In this document: positions 10,140 to 20,806 of the stretch, one piece after another
How the letters are laid out: each line of letters opens with the position of its first letter
How positions within the stretch are numbered: the first letter of the stretch is position 1
Assembly: GCA_948560265.1 (NCBI GenBank)
Contig: CAOXTD010000002.1
Coordinates: 93,580 to 157,579 of the forward strand
Source: an uncultured Clostridia bacterium
Lineage (GTDB): Bacteria; Bacillota; Clostridia; TANB77; CAG-508
Direction of reading: 5' to 3'
DNA: 64,000 nucleotides
The notes under the pieces: model-generated
The model's input: the letters and a program-made list of their open reading frames with translations, nothing else
Database searches by the model: none
Told to the model about the DNA's origin: nothing
Position numbers and translations under genes: made by a program

Positions 10140-10185
10140 AGAAGTAATTAATTTGAAAAAGAAAATTAGAATGGAAGGAGGAAAT

Positions 10186-10998
10186 ATGGTTCAGACAACA
10201 ACTTTAAATAAAGTAAATTGCAAATTTTGTGGTAAAGAGTTACAACAAAAAGAAGTGGTATTTGAATTAAATAATAGACAATTTTCAATAAAAGGACAAG
10301 CTGAAAGATGCAATTGTGAAGAGTCTAAAATATACTGGGAAAAGATTGATTATGAAAAAAAGCAAAAAGAAATCAAGGCAGAAATACAAAGAAAAAACGA
10401 TGTAATTAATAAATTATACAATAATAGCAAGATGAATATTAGATTAAAATCGTATAGTTTTAATAATTATAAAGTTACTTCTGAAAATAAAAAAGCTCTT
10501 AATAAAGCAAAAGAATATGCAGAAAATTATATTAAAAAAATAGAAAAAGGTAGCTTGTTTATAACAGGTGGAGTTGGAACTGGAAAAACACATTTAGCAG
10601 CAAGTATTGCTAATGAATTAATAAAAAATGAAATACCAGTTGTATTCGGAACATTAATTAATTTGTTAAATGATATTAAAGATAGTTATAGTTCAGATGG
10701 TGAAAAAGAAGGATATATTATTGAAAGATATTCCAAAGTGAACATGTTAATAATAGATGATTTAGGAAAAGAAAGACCAAGTGAATGGACACTAGAAAAG
10801 TTATTTACAATTATAAATAATCGTTATGAAAATAATTTACCAGTAATAATAACTACAAATTATAATCGAGATAAATTGAGAGAAAGGCTTTCAAATAATA
10901 AAAATTATGAGATTGCAGATTCAATAATTTCAAGATTATACGAGATGTGTAAAGGCATTGCTATTTATGGAAATGATAAAAGAAAAGAGTTAGTATAA
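10186..10998 (+). CDS. DnaC/IstB-like AAA+ helicase loader with N-terminal CxxC zinc-binding region
   Basis: Walker A GGVGTGKTHL, Walker B MLIIDDLG and sensor IITTNY. GGAAGGAGG RBS before the ATG at 10186. Confidence 0.7.
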   Translation: MVQTTTLNKVNCKFCGKELQQKEVVFELNNRQFSIKGQAERCNCEESKIYWEKIDYEKKQKEIKAEIQRKNDVINKLYNNSKMNIRLKSYSFNNYKVTSENKKALNKAKEYAENYIKKIEKGSLFITGGVGTGKTHLAASIANELIKNEIPVVFGTLINLLNDIKDSYSSDGEKEGYIIERYSKVNMLIIDDLGKERPSEWTLEKLFTIINNRYENNLPVIITTNYNRDKLRERLSNNKNYEIADSIISRLYEMCKGIAIYGNDKRKELV

Positions 10999-11189
10999 GT
11001 CTGCAAAACTAAAAATACTAACCCAATATTTATAAATATATTTTAATATAAAAGATAAAAAAAGTAAATAGAAATGACTAGAAAAGTACTTGGATTTTAA
11101 CAAAAAAAGTCCAAGTATTTTTCAAAATAGAGAATATATTTAATGAAAATAAGTACCAATTTAGGTACATATATTAGTGAATAATTGTA

Positions 11190-11265
11190 TTAGCAAGCAA
11201 TGAATTTCGTCAGCTCGAAATTCTATATGGGGAAAATCCCCAATCCCCTTTTTTAATGTGAAAGC
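11190..11265. promoter_or_regulatory. candidate oriT / regulatory region: clustered inverted repeats upstream of the relaxase gene
   Basis: GTACCaatttaGGTAC, GAATTTCGtcagcTCGAAATTC (8-bp perfect inverted repeat) and GGGGAaaaTCCCC lie within 80 bp of the relaxase start. Confidence 0.4.
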
Positions 11266-11268
11266 GAG

Positions 11269-12651
11269 GTGAAATTTAGAATGGCGACAACGAGTTTATG
11301 GAAGGTAGAAAGTAGAATAGATCATGTTGTAGATTATGCTACTGATAAAGATAAAACTAAAAATAAATATTATAATCAATTTAATAATTTTTCTAGTGTA
11401 AGAGATTTACTTTCGTACGCTACTAATCCAGATAAAACTGAAAAACAATTTTTTACAACAGGAATTAATTGCAAAGTAGAAGATGCAGTTAAGCAAATGG
11501 AACTTGTAAAAACATTATATGGAAAAGAAGATGGAATACTTGCTTTTCATGGTTACCAATCTTTTGATAAAGGAGAAGTTACTCCAGAAATTGCTCATGA
11601 AATAGGAGTTAGACTTGCTGAAGAAATGTGGGGAGATAGATTTCAAGTTGTAGTCTCAACTCATTTAAATACGGATCATATTCATAATCATTTTGTAGTA
11701 AATTCAGTTTCATTTAAAGATGGGCTTAAATACTATAGTGATTTAACTAATACAGCTTTACTAAGAAAAACATCAGACGATTTATGTGATGAATATGGAT
11801 TAAGAGTGCTAGAAGAAAAGACATGCAAATCTGGAATTAATTTTGAAAACTTTTATAAAAAATCTATTAGAGAATCGGATTATTATAAATTTGCAAAAGA
11901 AGATTTAGACTATGCAATAAAACATTCTTATACTCAAAAAGAATTCCATCAGTATTTATCATCAATGGAATATAGTTATTATTATAGAGCAAATAAATTA
12001 TGCATAAGGAGAGAACCGTATAAAAGAAATATCAGAGTTGAAAGAGCTTTTGGAGAAGAATATTCTGTAGAAAATATTAGACAAAGAATAATAGCAAATG
12101 ATTTTATTCCAAAAGAGAAAATAATTCCATATAAAAGAACTACTTTAAAGTTCTATGTAAGGAAAAGTGTTTTTAGAAAGGCATATAAACCTAAAGGAAT
12201 AATTGCTTTATATTATTACTATAGATTTTTATTGGGATTGCATAAAAGAAATAATGTGCAACATAAACTGACTCCAAAAATGAGAGAAGAAGTAAAAAAG
12301 ATGGATAGGTATTCAGAAAGAATAAGATTCTTGTGTAAATATAAATTAGAAACAATTGATAATGTAGATGAACTGAAAACAAAGAAGTTAAGAGAAAAGC
12401 AAGATATACTAAATACTAGAAATAGATTATATTATAAAAGAGGCAAAGTAGATAATGAAACAGAGAAAAATGAGATTACAAAACAAATAATTGCAGTTAC
12501 AACTGAGCTAAAAAGGGTAAAAAAGGAAATTAGAATGTGTGATGAAGTTACAGATAGTGTTTCTGGTATGAAGGAACAAATAAGAGAAACTGAAGAAAAA
12601 TCAAGGGAAAAGGAAAAACAAAAGAAGAAAGATAGAAAATATGAAAGATAG
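11269..12651 (+). CDS. relaxase / mobilization nuclease (MobA/VirD2-like, 3-His motif)
   Basis: HLNTDHIHNHFVVNSV is an HxDxxHxH-type metal-binding motif. The K/E-rich C-terminal coiled region is typical of Mob proteins. Confidence 0.7.
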   Translation: MKFRMATTSLWKVESRIDHVVDYATDKDKTKNKYYNQFNNFSSVRDLLSYATNPDKTEKQFFTTGINCKVEDAVKQMELVKTLYGKEDGILAFHGYQSFDKGEVTPEIAHEIGVRLAEEMWGDRFQVVVSTHLNTDHIHNHFVVNSVSFKDGLKYYSDLTNTALLRKTSDDLCDEYGLRVLEEKTCKSGINFENFYKKSIRESDYYKFAKEDLDYAIKHSYTQKEFHQYLSSMEYSYYYRANKLCIRREPYKRNIRVERAFGEEYSVENIRQRIIANDFIPKEKIIPYKRTTLKFYVRKSVFRKAYKPKGIIALYYYYRFLLGLHKRNNVQHKLTPKMREEVKKMDRYSERIRFLCKYKLETIDNVDELKTKKLREKQDILNTRNRLYYKRGKVDNETEKNEITKQIIAVTTELKRVKKEIRMCDEVTDSVSGMKEQIRETEEKSREKEKQKKKDRKYER

Positions 12652-12814
12652 TAATTAAATCTATTTCTCGAAATTTATATGTTTTGAGGAATAGATTTTT
12701 TTGTCGAAAAAAGTAGAAATAATTATAAGATTAAATTGTCGAATAATGTTGTGAAATTTATGGTTTTATGATATAAAATATACTAGAGAATTTATATTTA
12801 AAAGGAGCAGTATT

Positions 12815-14368
12815 ATGATAAATAACAGAGAAAGAGAAGAACTACATAAAGCAATATGGTCAATAGCAGATGATTTAAGAGGTTCAGTAGATGGATGGGA
12901 TTTTAAACAATATATTTTAGGTATAATGTTTTATAGATATATTTCAGAAAATATAACAAATTATATAAATGAGGGAGAAAGAAAAGCAGGAGATATATCT
13001 TTTGATTATGCTAAATTAAAAGATAATGAAGCAGAGACTGAAAGAGATAATCTTGTTAAAGAAAAAGGGTTCTTTATTCTACCATCAGAATTATTTGCAA
13101 ATGTAGTAAAAAGAGCAAGAGATGATGAAAATTTAAACGAAACATTAGAAAAGATATTTAATAATATAGAAAATTCCGCAAAAGGTGCTGAAAGTGAAGA
13201 TGACTTTTCAGGTCTATTTGACGATATAGATGTAAATAGTAATAAGTTAGGAGCTACAGTTACAAAAAGAAATGAGAAACTTGTAAAAATACTAGAAGGA
13301 ATAGCAAGTATCAATTTAGGAAATTATCAAGATAACCAAATCGATGCATTTGGAGATGCTTATGAATTTTTAATGAGTATGTATGCATCGAATGCAGGAA
13401 AATCAGGGGGAGAATTTTATACACCACAAGAAGTTAGTGAACTTTTAACTAAACTTGCTATTGTTGGGAAAACATCAGTAAATAAAGTATATGATCCTGC
13501 TTGTGGTTCAGGTTCATTACTATTAAAGTCTGCAAAGATATTAGGAAAAGAAAATGTTAGAAATGGTTTTTATGGACAAGAGATAAATTTAACTACATAT
13601 AATCTTTGCAGAATAAATATGTTCTTACATGATATTGGATATGATAAATTTAATATTGCATGTGAAGATACATTAGTTTCTCCACAACATTGGGACGATG
13701 AACCTTTTGAAGTAATAGTTTCAAATCCACCATATTCAATTAAGTGGGCGGGAGATGATAATGCAGTTTTAATAAATGACCCGAGATATTCACCAGCAGG
13801 TGTACTAGCTCCAAAATCAAAAGCAGATTTTGCATTCATTATGCATTCTCTTTCATGGTTAGCAACAAATGGTACTGCATCAATAGTATGTTTTCCTGGT
13901 ATTCTTTATAGAGGCGGATCAGAACAAAAAATAAGAAAATACTTAATTGATAATAACTTTGTTGATTGTATTATTCAATTACCTGATAATTTATTCTTTG
14001 GAACAAGTATTGCAACTTGTATAATGGTATTAAAGAAAAGCAAAAAAGATAATAGCACCTTATTTATAGATGCAACAAATGAGTGTGTTAAGGTAACAAA
14101 TAATAATAAATTAACTGATGATAATATAAATAATATTATAGAGATATTTAAAAATAGAGTAGATAAGGAACATATTGCAAAAATAGTATTGAATGAAGAA
14201 ATTGCCAAAAATGATTATAATTTATCAGTTGCAACTTATGTAGAAAAAGAAGATACAAGAGAAAAAATCGATATTATTGAATTAAATAAAGAAATAGATG
14301 AAATCGTTGAGAGAGAAAATAAACTTCGTATTGAAATAGCTAAAATAATTGCAGATATAGAGGTGTAA
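12815..14368 (+). CDS. hsdM: type I restriction-modification system methyltransferase subunit HsdM
   Basis: N6-adenine methyltransferase motif IV VSNPPYS, SAM-binding DPACGSGS and an HsdM N-terminal domain. 517 aa. Confidence 0.9.
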   Translation: MINNREREELHKAIWSIADDLRGSVDGWDFKQYILGIMFYRYISENITNYINEGERKAGDISFDYAKLKDNEAETERDNLVKEKGFFILPSELFANVVKRARDDENLNETLEKIFNNIENSAKGAESEDDFSGLFDDIDVNSNKLGATVTKRNEKLVKILEGIASINLGNYQDNQIDAFGDAYEFLMSMYASNAGKSGGEFYTPQEVSELLTKLAIVGKTSVNKVYDPACGSGSLLLKSAKILGKENVRNGFYGQEINLTTYNLCRINMFLHDIGYDKFNIACEDTLVSPQHWDDEPFEVIVSNPPYSIKWAGDDNAVLINDPRYSPAGVLAPKSKADFAFIMHSLSWLATNGTASIVCFPGILYRGGSEQKIRKYLIDNNFVDCIIQLPDNLFFGTSIATCIMVLKKSKKDNSTLFIDATNECVKVTNNNKLTDDNINNIIEIFKNRVDKEHIAKIVLNEEIAKNDYNLSVATYVEKEDTREKIDIIELNKEIDEIVERENKLRIEIAKIIADIEV

Positions 14369-14369
14369 A

Positions 14370-15617
<1,248 letters not shown>

Positions 15618-15627
15618 GGGGAAGAAA

Positions 15628-18600
15628 ATGAGTAAATATAATGTAGTAATTGAAACAAGTAATTCTACTGTTGTAGCTGAATATGAGCCTTTAAAAAGAA
15701 AATCGGATAGTTATCAAAGTGAAGCTGCACTTGAAAAAGAATTTATAAGAATGCTAACTGAACAGGGATATGATTATTTAGAAATTCACGAACAAGATGC
15801 TTTAGTTACAAATCTTCGTAAACAATTAGAATTATTAAATGATTATAAATTTACTGAAAGCGAATGGGAAAGATTTTTTAATAATAACATAGCAAATAAT
15901 AATGATGGTATTGTAGAAAAAACTAGAAAAATTCAAGAGGATCATATTCAAGTATTAAAAAAAGATGATGGAACAAGTAAAAACATTTATCTTTTAGATA
16001 AAAAGAATATTCATAACAATAGATTACAAGTCATAAATCAGTATGTTGAAAATAATGGGAACTATGATAATAGATATGATGTTACTATTCTTGTAAATGG
16101 AATTCCCTTAGTTCATGTTGAATTAAAAAGAAGAGGTGTTGCTTTAAAAGAAGCATTCAATCAAATAAATAGATATCAAAGAGACAGTTTTTGGGCAGGT
16201 AGTGGGCTTTATGAATATATACAGATATTTGTTATATCAAATGGAACAAATACAAAATATTATTCTAATACTACAAGAGAAAGCCATATAAAAGAACAGA
16301 GTAAAACTAGAAATAAGAGTAAAAAAACAAGTAATAGTTTTGAATTTACAAGTTATTGGGCAGATGCAAATAATAAAGTAATAAATGATTTAGTTGATTT
16401 TACTAGAACTTTTTTATCAAAACATACTATTTTGAATGTATTAACAAAATATTGTGTATTTACTTCTGAAGAACTTTTATTAGTAATGAGACCTTATCAA
16501 ATTGTCGCAACAGAAAGAATACTTAATAAAATAGAAGTATCTACTAATTATAAAAAAATGGGAACCATTGATGCGGGAGGATATATTTGGCATACAACAG
16601 GGTCTGGTAAAACACTAACATCTTTTAAGACAGCACAACTTGCAACTAATTTAGAATATATTGATAAGGTATTATTTGTGGTTGATAGAAAAGACTTAGA
16701 TTATCAGACAATGAAAGAATATGATAGATTTGAGAAAGGTGCAGCTAACGGTAATAGGAGTACAAAAGTACTTCAAAAACAATTAGAAGATACAACTTCA
16801 AAAATAATTGTTACAACTATTCAAAAATTAAGTGAATTTGTAAAAAGAAATCCAAGTCATCCAGTATTTCAAAAGCATTTAGTATTGATATTTGACGAAT
16901 GTCATCGTTCTCAATTTGGTGATATGCACAAAATGATAGTTAAGAACTTTAAAAATTACCATTTATTTGGGTTTACAGGAACACCTATATTTGCTAAAAA
17001 TGCCACTAATAAGTCTAATCCTGATTTTTGCACAACTGAGCAGGCTTTTGGAGATAAATTACATACATATACAATAGTTGATGCTATAAATGATGGAAAT
17101 GTACTTCCATTTAGAATTGATTATATAAATACAATTAAGAAAAAAGAAGGAATGACAGACAAAGAAGTACAAGCTATAAATACTGAAGAAGCTTTATCTT
17201 CTTATGAAAGAGTTAGCAATGTAGTAAGTTATATAATTGAACATTTTGATCAAAAAACAAAAAGAAATTCATTTTATGATTTAAAAGGACAAAGATTAAA
17301 TGGCTTCAATTCAATTTTTGCAGTAGCATCAATACCAATGGCAAAGAAATATTATTTAGAATTAAAAAAGCAATTAGAAGAAAAACATAAGGATTTGACT
17401 ATTGCAACGATATATTCTTTTGCAGCAAATGAAGAAGATACTACTGATGGAATATTAGATGATGAGGGATTTGAAACAGAATTATTAGACCAAAGTTCAA
17501 GAGAGTTTTTAGATTTTGCAATAGATGAATATAATAAAAAATTTAAAACAAACTTTTCGTCAGAGGGTAATGGTTTTCAAGATTATTATAAAGACTTATC
17601 AGATAGAGTTAAGAAGAGAGAAGTTGATTTGCTTATAGTTGTAAATATGTTTTTAACAGGTTTTGATGCTACAACATTAAATACATTATGGGTAGATAAA
17701 AACTTAAAACAACATGGACTAATACAAGCATATTCAAGAACTAATCGTATCTTAAACTCAGTAAAATCTTATGGCAATATAGTTTGTTTTAGAGATTTAC
17801 AAGAACAAACAAATGATGCAATTGCATTATTTGGAGATAAGGATGCATCAGGAATAGTTTTATTAAAATCTTATGAAGATTATTATTACGGGTATGAAGA
17901 TGATAAAGGTAAAAAACAAAAAGGATATGAAGAAAGAATAGCAGAGTTACTTCAAAAATATCCATTAGGAGAACAAATAGTAGGAGAACAAGCTCAAAAA
18001 GACTTTATTGTTTCTATGGGAAATATTTTAAGACTTAAAAATATATTATCTTCATTTGATAGATTTGAAGGAAATGAAATACTTTCTGAAAGAGATTTCC
18101 AAGACTACATAGGAACTTATACGGATTTATATGAAGAATTTAAATCCAGAAAAGATAATGGAGAAGTAGAAAGTATAAAAGATGATGTAGTATTTGAGAT
18201 GGAACTTGTAAAACAAGTAGAAGTAAATATTGATTATATATTGATGTTAGTTGCAAAATATCATCAATCAAATTGCACAGATAAAGAAATATTAGGTTCA
18301 ATTGATAAAGCAATAAAATCAAGTTTAGCACTTCGTTCTAAAAAAGAACTTATTGAAACATTTATATCAAAAATAAATACAAATACAGATGTAATGAGTG
18401 ATTGGACTAAATTTGTTAAAGAACAAGAAGAAATTGACCTAAGAAATTTAATTGAAGAAGAAAACTTGAATGATGAAGAAACAAGAAAATTTATAGATAA
18501 TGCATTTAGAGATGGACAAGTTAAAACAACAGGGACAGATATTGAAAAAATATTACCACCAATGAGAAGATTCGGCGGAGGTAATAGGGCAGAAAGAAAA

Positions 18601-18759
18601 GAATCAATAATTGAGAAAATAAAGAAATTCTTTGAAAAATATTTTGGAATTTGGAGTTCAAATAATAACGAAGATACTATAGTATATGATATTACAGAAG
18701 ATGATACTGAAAGCTTAGCAATGGTAGCTGAAGAAGGAGAAGAATATAAGCATGAATAA
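15628..18759 (+). CDS. hsdR: type I RM restriction subunit HsdR (SF2 helicase/endonuclease)
   Basis: 1043 aa with Walker A TTGSGKTLT, DEAH-like FDECHRSQ, an N-terminal nuclease domain and an HsdR C-terminal domain. Confidence 0.9.
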   Translation: MSKYNVVIETSNSTVVAEYEPLKRKSDSYQSEAALEKEFIRMLTEQGYDYLEIHEQDALVTNLRKQLELLNDYKFTESEWERFFNNNIANNNDGIVEKTRKIQEDHIQVLKKDDGTSKNIYLLDKKNIHNNRLQVINQYVENNGNYDNRYDVTILVNGIPLVHVELKRRGVALKEAFNQINRYQRDSFWAGSGLYEYIQIFVISNGTNTKYYSNTTRESHIKEQSKTRNKSKKTSNSFEFTSYWADANNKVINDLVDFTRTFLSKHTILNVLTKYCVFTSEELLLVMRPYQIVATERILNKIEVSTNYKKMGTIDAGGYIWHTTGSGKTLTSFKTAQLATNLEYIDKVLFVVDRKDLDYQTMKEYDRFEKGAANGNRSTKVLQKQLEDTTSKIIVTTIQKLSEFVKRNPSHPVFQKHLVLIFDECHRSQFGDMHKMIVKNFKNYHLFGFTGTPIFAKNATNKSNPDFCTTEQAFGDKLHTYTIVDAINDGNVLPFRIDYINTIKKKEGMTDKEVQAINTEEALSSYERVSNVVSYIIEHFDQKTKRNSFYDLKGQRLNGFNSIFAVASIPMAKKYYLELKKQLEEKHKDLTIATIYSFAANEEDTTDGILDDEGFETELLDQSSREFLDFAIDEYNKKFKTNFSSEGNGFQDYYKDLSDRVKKREVDLLIVVNMFLTGFDATTLNTLWVDKNLKQHGLIQAYSRTNRILNSVKSYGNIVCFRDLQEQTNDAIALFGDKDASGIVLLKSYEDYYYGYEDDKGKKQKGYEERIAELLQKYPLGEQIVGEQAQKDFIVSMGNILRLKNILSSFDRFEGNEILSERDFQDYIGTYTDLYEEFKSRKDNGEVESIKDDVVFEMELVKQVEVNIDYILMLVAKYHQSNCTDKEILGSIDKAIKSSLALRSKKELIETFISKINTNTDVMSDWTKFVKEQEEIDLRNLIEEENLNDEETRKFIDNAFRDGQVKTTGTDIEKILPPMRRFGGGNRAERKESIIEKIKKFFEKYFGIWSSNNNEDTIVYDITEDDTESLAMVAEEGEEYKHE

Positions 18760-18935
18760 AGAAGAATTATTGCCGTTTGTAAAATTTATAACAGAAATGG
18801 ATAAGAAAATGGTGGATGAGGATAGACAACATAATTTATCTAAAGAACAAAAAGAGATGATAAAACAATTTTTAGATCAATGTTATGAAAATTTTAAAAA
18901 TAGTAATTAAAGGAAGAATTATAAGATTTAAATAA

Positions 18936-18975
18936 GCAGACTCCAATGAGCCTGCTTTACCTTTATTATTTTTTC
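18936..18975. terminator. bidirectional rho-independent terminator between hsdR and the convergent small gene
   Basis: AAGCAG-actccaatgagc-CTGCTT followed by a T-rich run. Confidence 0.5.
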
Positions 18976-19109
18976 TTATGTGTATGTTTTGGTTGCCTTT
19001 GAGATAAAGCAGAACCAGCTACAGATTTTGTAGTTTTAGAAGTTCTACCATCTTTCAAAAGTTTTGATGCTTTTGAAGCAACACTTGAACTTGTTTTTTT
19101 ACAAGCCAT
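18966..19109 (-). CDS. small basic Lys/Ser/Thr-rich protein (47 aa), unknown function
   Basis: MACKKTSSSVASKASKLLKDGRTSKTTKSVAGSALSQRQPKHTHKKK with an AGGCGGTGA RBS. Below the 60-aa cutoff of the ORF track. Confidence 0.35.
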   Translation of the reverse strand: MACKKTSSSVASKASKLLKDGRTSKTTKSVAGSALSQRQPKHTHKKK

Positions 19110-19244
19110 AAGAATCACCGCCTTTCTGGGATAAAATTTTTCCTCCTTTGATTTTCATTAGAAAACTGATAACAATAAAATAATAGCAAAGCCCAAATAA
19201 AAGTCAACATTTTTGAATAATGAAACGGGACTGTAAAGGTCCCG

Positions 19245-19511
19245 TTATTGTAAATTTTCAGAAATCCAGTCCCATTGTTTTTGATTCAACCAACCTTTTA
19301 TAGGTTTGGTAACTTTGGTGATTATCATAGCATCATTCCCATCGAGATGAGATACGCATTTATCAGAAACTGTTTTTAAATCAGAAGAAGTTGAGATTAG
19401 GAATGTTGTAGTTAGATATTTGCACCATGTTCCAAAAGACTTAATATCATTTTCAACATTCTCCCTATTTTGTGTAGGTGAGTGTAAGTCATAAGATATC
19501 ATATAAATCAT
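19245..19511 (-). CDS. hypothetical 88-aa protein (beta-strand start MISYDL resembles Cas2/ferredoxin-like folds; unassigned)
   Basis: Internal Met of the 165-aa track ORF, with a GGAAGGAG RBS 8 nt upstream. The track ORF's N-terminal 77 aa overlap promoter DNA and are rejected. Confidence 0.45.
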   Translation of the reverse strand: MIYMISYDLHSPTQNRENVENDIKSFGTWCKYLTTTFLISTSSDLKTVSDKCVSHLDGNDAMIITKVTKPIKGWLNQKQWDWISENLQ

Positions 19512-19723
19512 AAGAAATTCTCCTTCCCATTCCAAAGAAGTCAAAAAGTGTTGACTGCTAACAATAGAAAGTGTTATAATACTTCTAATAATACTTTTGC
19601 GAGAAGTTATTAAGAAGCATTTCATGTTGTTTATAACACTTGGAATGCTTTTTATTGTTAAAGAGATTATACAACTTAGAAAATATAAAGTCAATATATT
19701 TTTAAAAAAATGTCCCAAAATTA

Positions 19724-19752
19724 TTGACATTTGTCCCAACAAAAAATATAAT
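19724..19752 (+). promoter_or_regulatory. consensus sigma-A promoter (TTGACA, 17 bp spacer, TATAAT) upstream of the AAA ATPase gene
   Basis: ttgacatttgtcccaacaaaaaatataat. Copies of TGTCCCAA flank the -35 element. Confidence 0.6.
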
Positions 19753-19768
19753 ATAGTAGGGTGATAAA

Positions 19769-20806
19769 ATGAAAAAGAAAAATGTATTAAATTTAATTAA
19801 ATATTATTCAGAAAAAAATGATGAAGCATTCAGAAATGAAGCGTATGAGATAGCTAGAGAATTTGATGAAACTGGAGATTTTCAATTATCTGAATATATA
19901 ATGGCATTACTGTCTAATGTTAATACTTTTGTACCACAAGGTAAAAATTACGATTTATCCTTTTTTATAAAAGTAGAACCAAGTCAATCATCTTTACCAT
20001 TACCAGAAAAGATAAAAGAAGATATTATAGGTATTATAAATGCTGTAGGGCATAATGCTGGAGTAAATAAATTTTTATTTGAAGGGGCTCCAGGTACAGG
20101 TAAAACTGAAACTGTAAAACAATTGGCACGCATATTAGAAAGAGATTTGTTTTCAGTAGAATTTGATACTGTAATAGATAGCAAATTAGGACAGACATCT
20201 AAAAATATTTCAGAACTATTTAAAGAAATACAAAATTTATCACATCCAGAAAAAATAATTATTTTATTTGATGAAATAGATTCAATTGCATTAGATAGAA
20301 TTAATAAAAATGATCTTAGAGAAATGGGAAGAGCAACTTCTGCAATTTTGAAAGGATTAGATACACTAAATGAAAATATTGTTTTTATAGCCACAACAAA
20401 TTTATATGAATCATTTGATAAAGCATTAGTTAGAAGATTTGACTCTGTAATTAATTTTAATAGATATGAAAAAGAAGATTTAATAGAAATATCGGAATAT
20501 TTATTAAATGAAGCATTAGATAAATTTAAATTTGCAGGACGAAATGTTAAATTATTTAGAAAAATAATGAATATGATGGAAGACATACCTTATCCAGGAG
20601 AATTAAAGAATATTATAAGAAGCTCAATAGCATTTAGCAATCCTAATGATGAATATGATTATTTGAAGAGATTATTTACATTGGTGAATAAAAATAGTAA
20701 TGGTAATCTGAAAGAATTACAAGACATAGGATTAACTGTTAGAGAAATTGAAATATTAACAGGAATTTCTAAAAGTCAAGTTTCAAGGGAAATAAAGGGT
20801 GAGTAA
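19769..20806 (+). CDS. AAA+ ATPase (IetA-like partner of an S8 peptidase)
   Basis: Walker A GAPGTGKTE, Walker B ILFDEID, sensor FIATTN and arginine finger RRFD. Overlaps the downstream S8 gene by 8 nt. Confidence 0.75.
   Translation: MKKKNVLNLIKYYSEKNDEAFRNEAYEIAREFDETGDFQLSEYIMALLSNVNTFVPQGKNYDLSFFIKVEPSQSSLPLPEKIKEDIIGIINAVGHNAGVNKFLFEGAPGTGKTETVKQLARILERDLFSVEFDTVIDSKLGQTSKNISELFKEIQNLSHPEKIIILFDEIDSIALDRINKNDLREMGRATSAILKGLDTLNENIVFIATTNLYESFDKALVRRFDSVINFNRYEKEDLIEISEYLLNEALDKFKFAGRNVKLFRKIMNMMEDIPYPGELKNIIRSSIAFSNPNDEYDYLKRLFTLVNKNSNGNLKELQDIGLTVREIEILTGISKSQVSREIKGE

Noticed and set aside
13006-14208. Three minus-strand ORFs (102, 89 and 77 aa) inside hsdM
   Set aside because: They are antisense to a methyltransferase with intact catalytic motifs.
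19512-19742. N-terminal 77 aa of the 165-aa minus-strand track ORF
   Set aside because: It overlaps two plus-strand promoter-like sequences and has low-complexity, non-protein-like composition. An internal Met with a strong RBS at 19511 gives a compact 88-aa protein instead.
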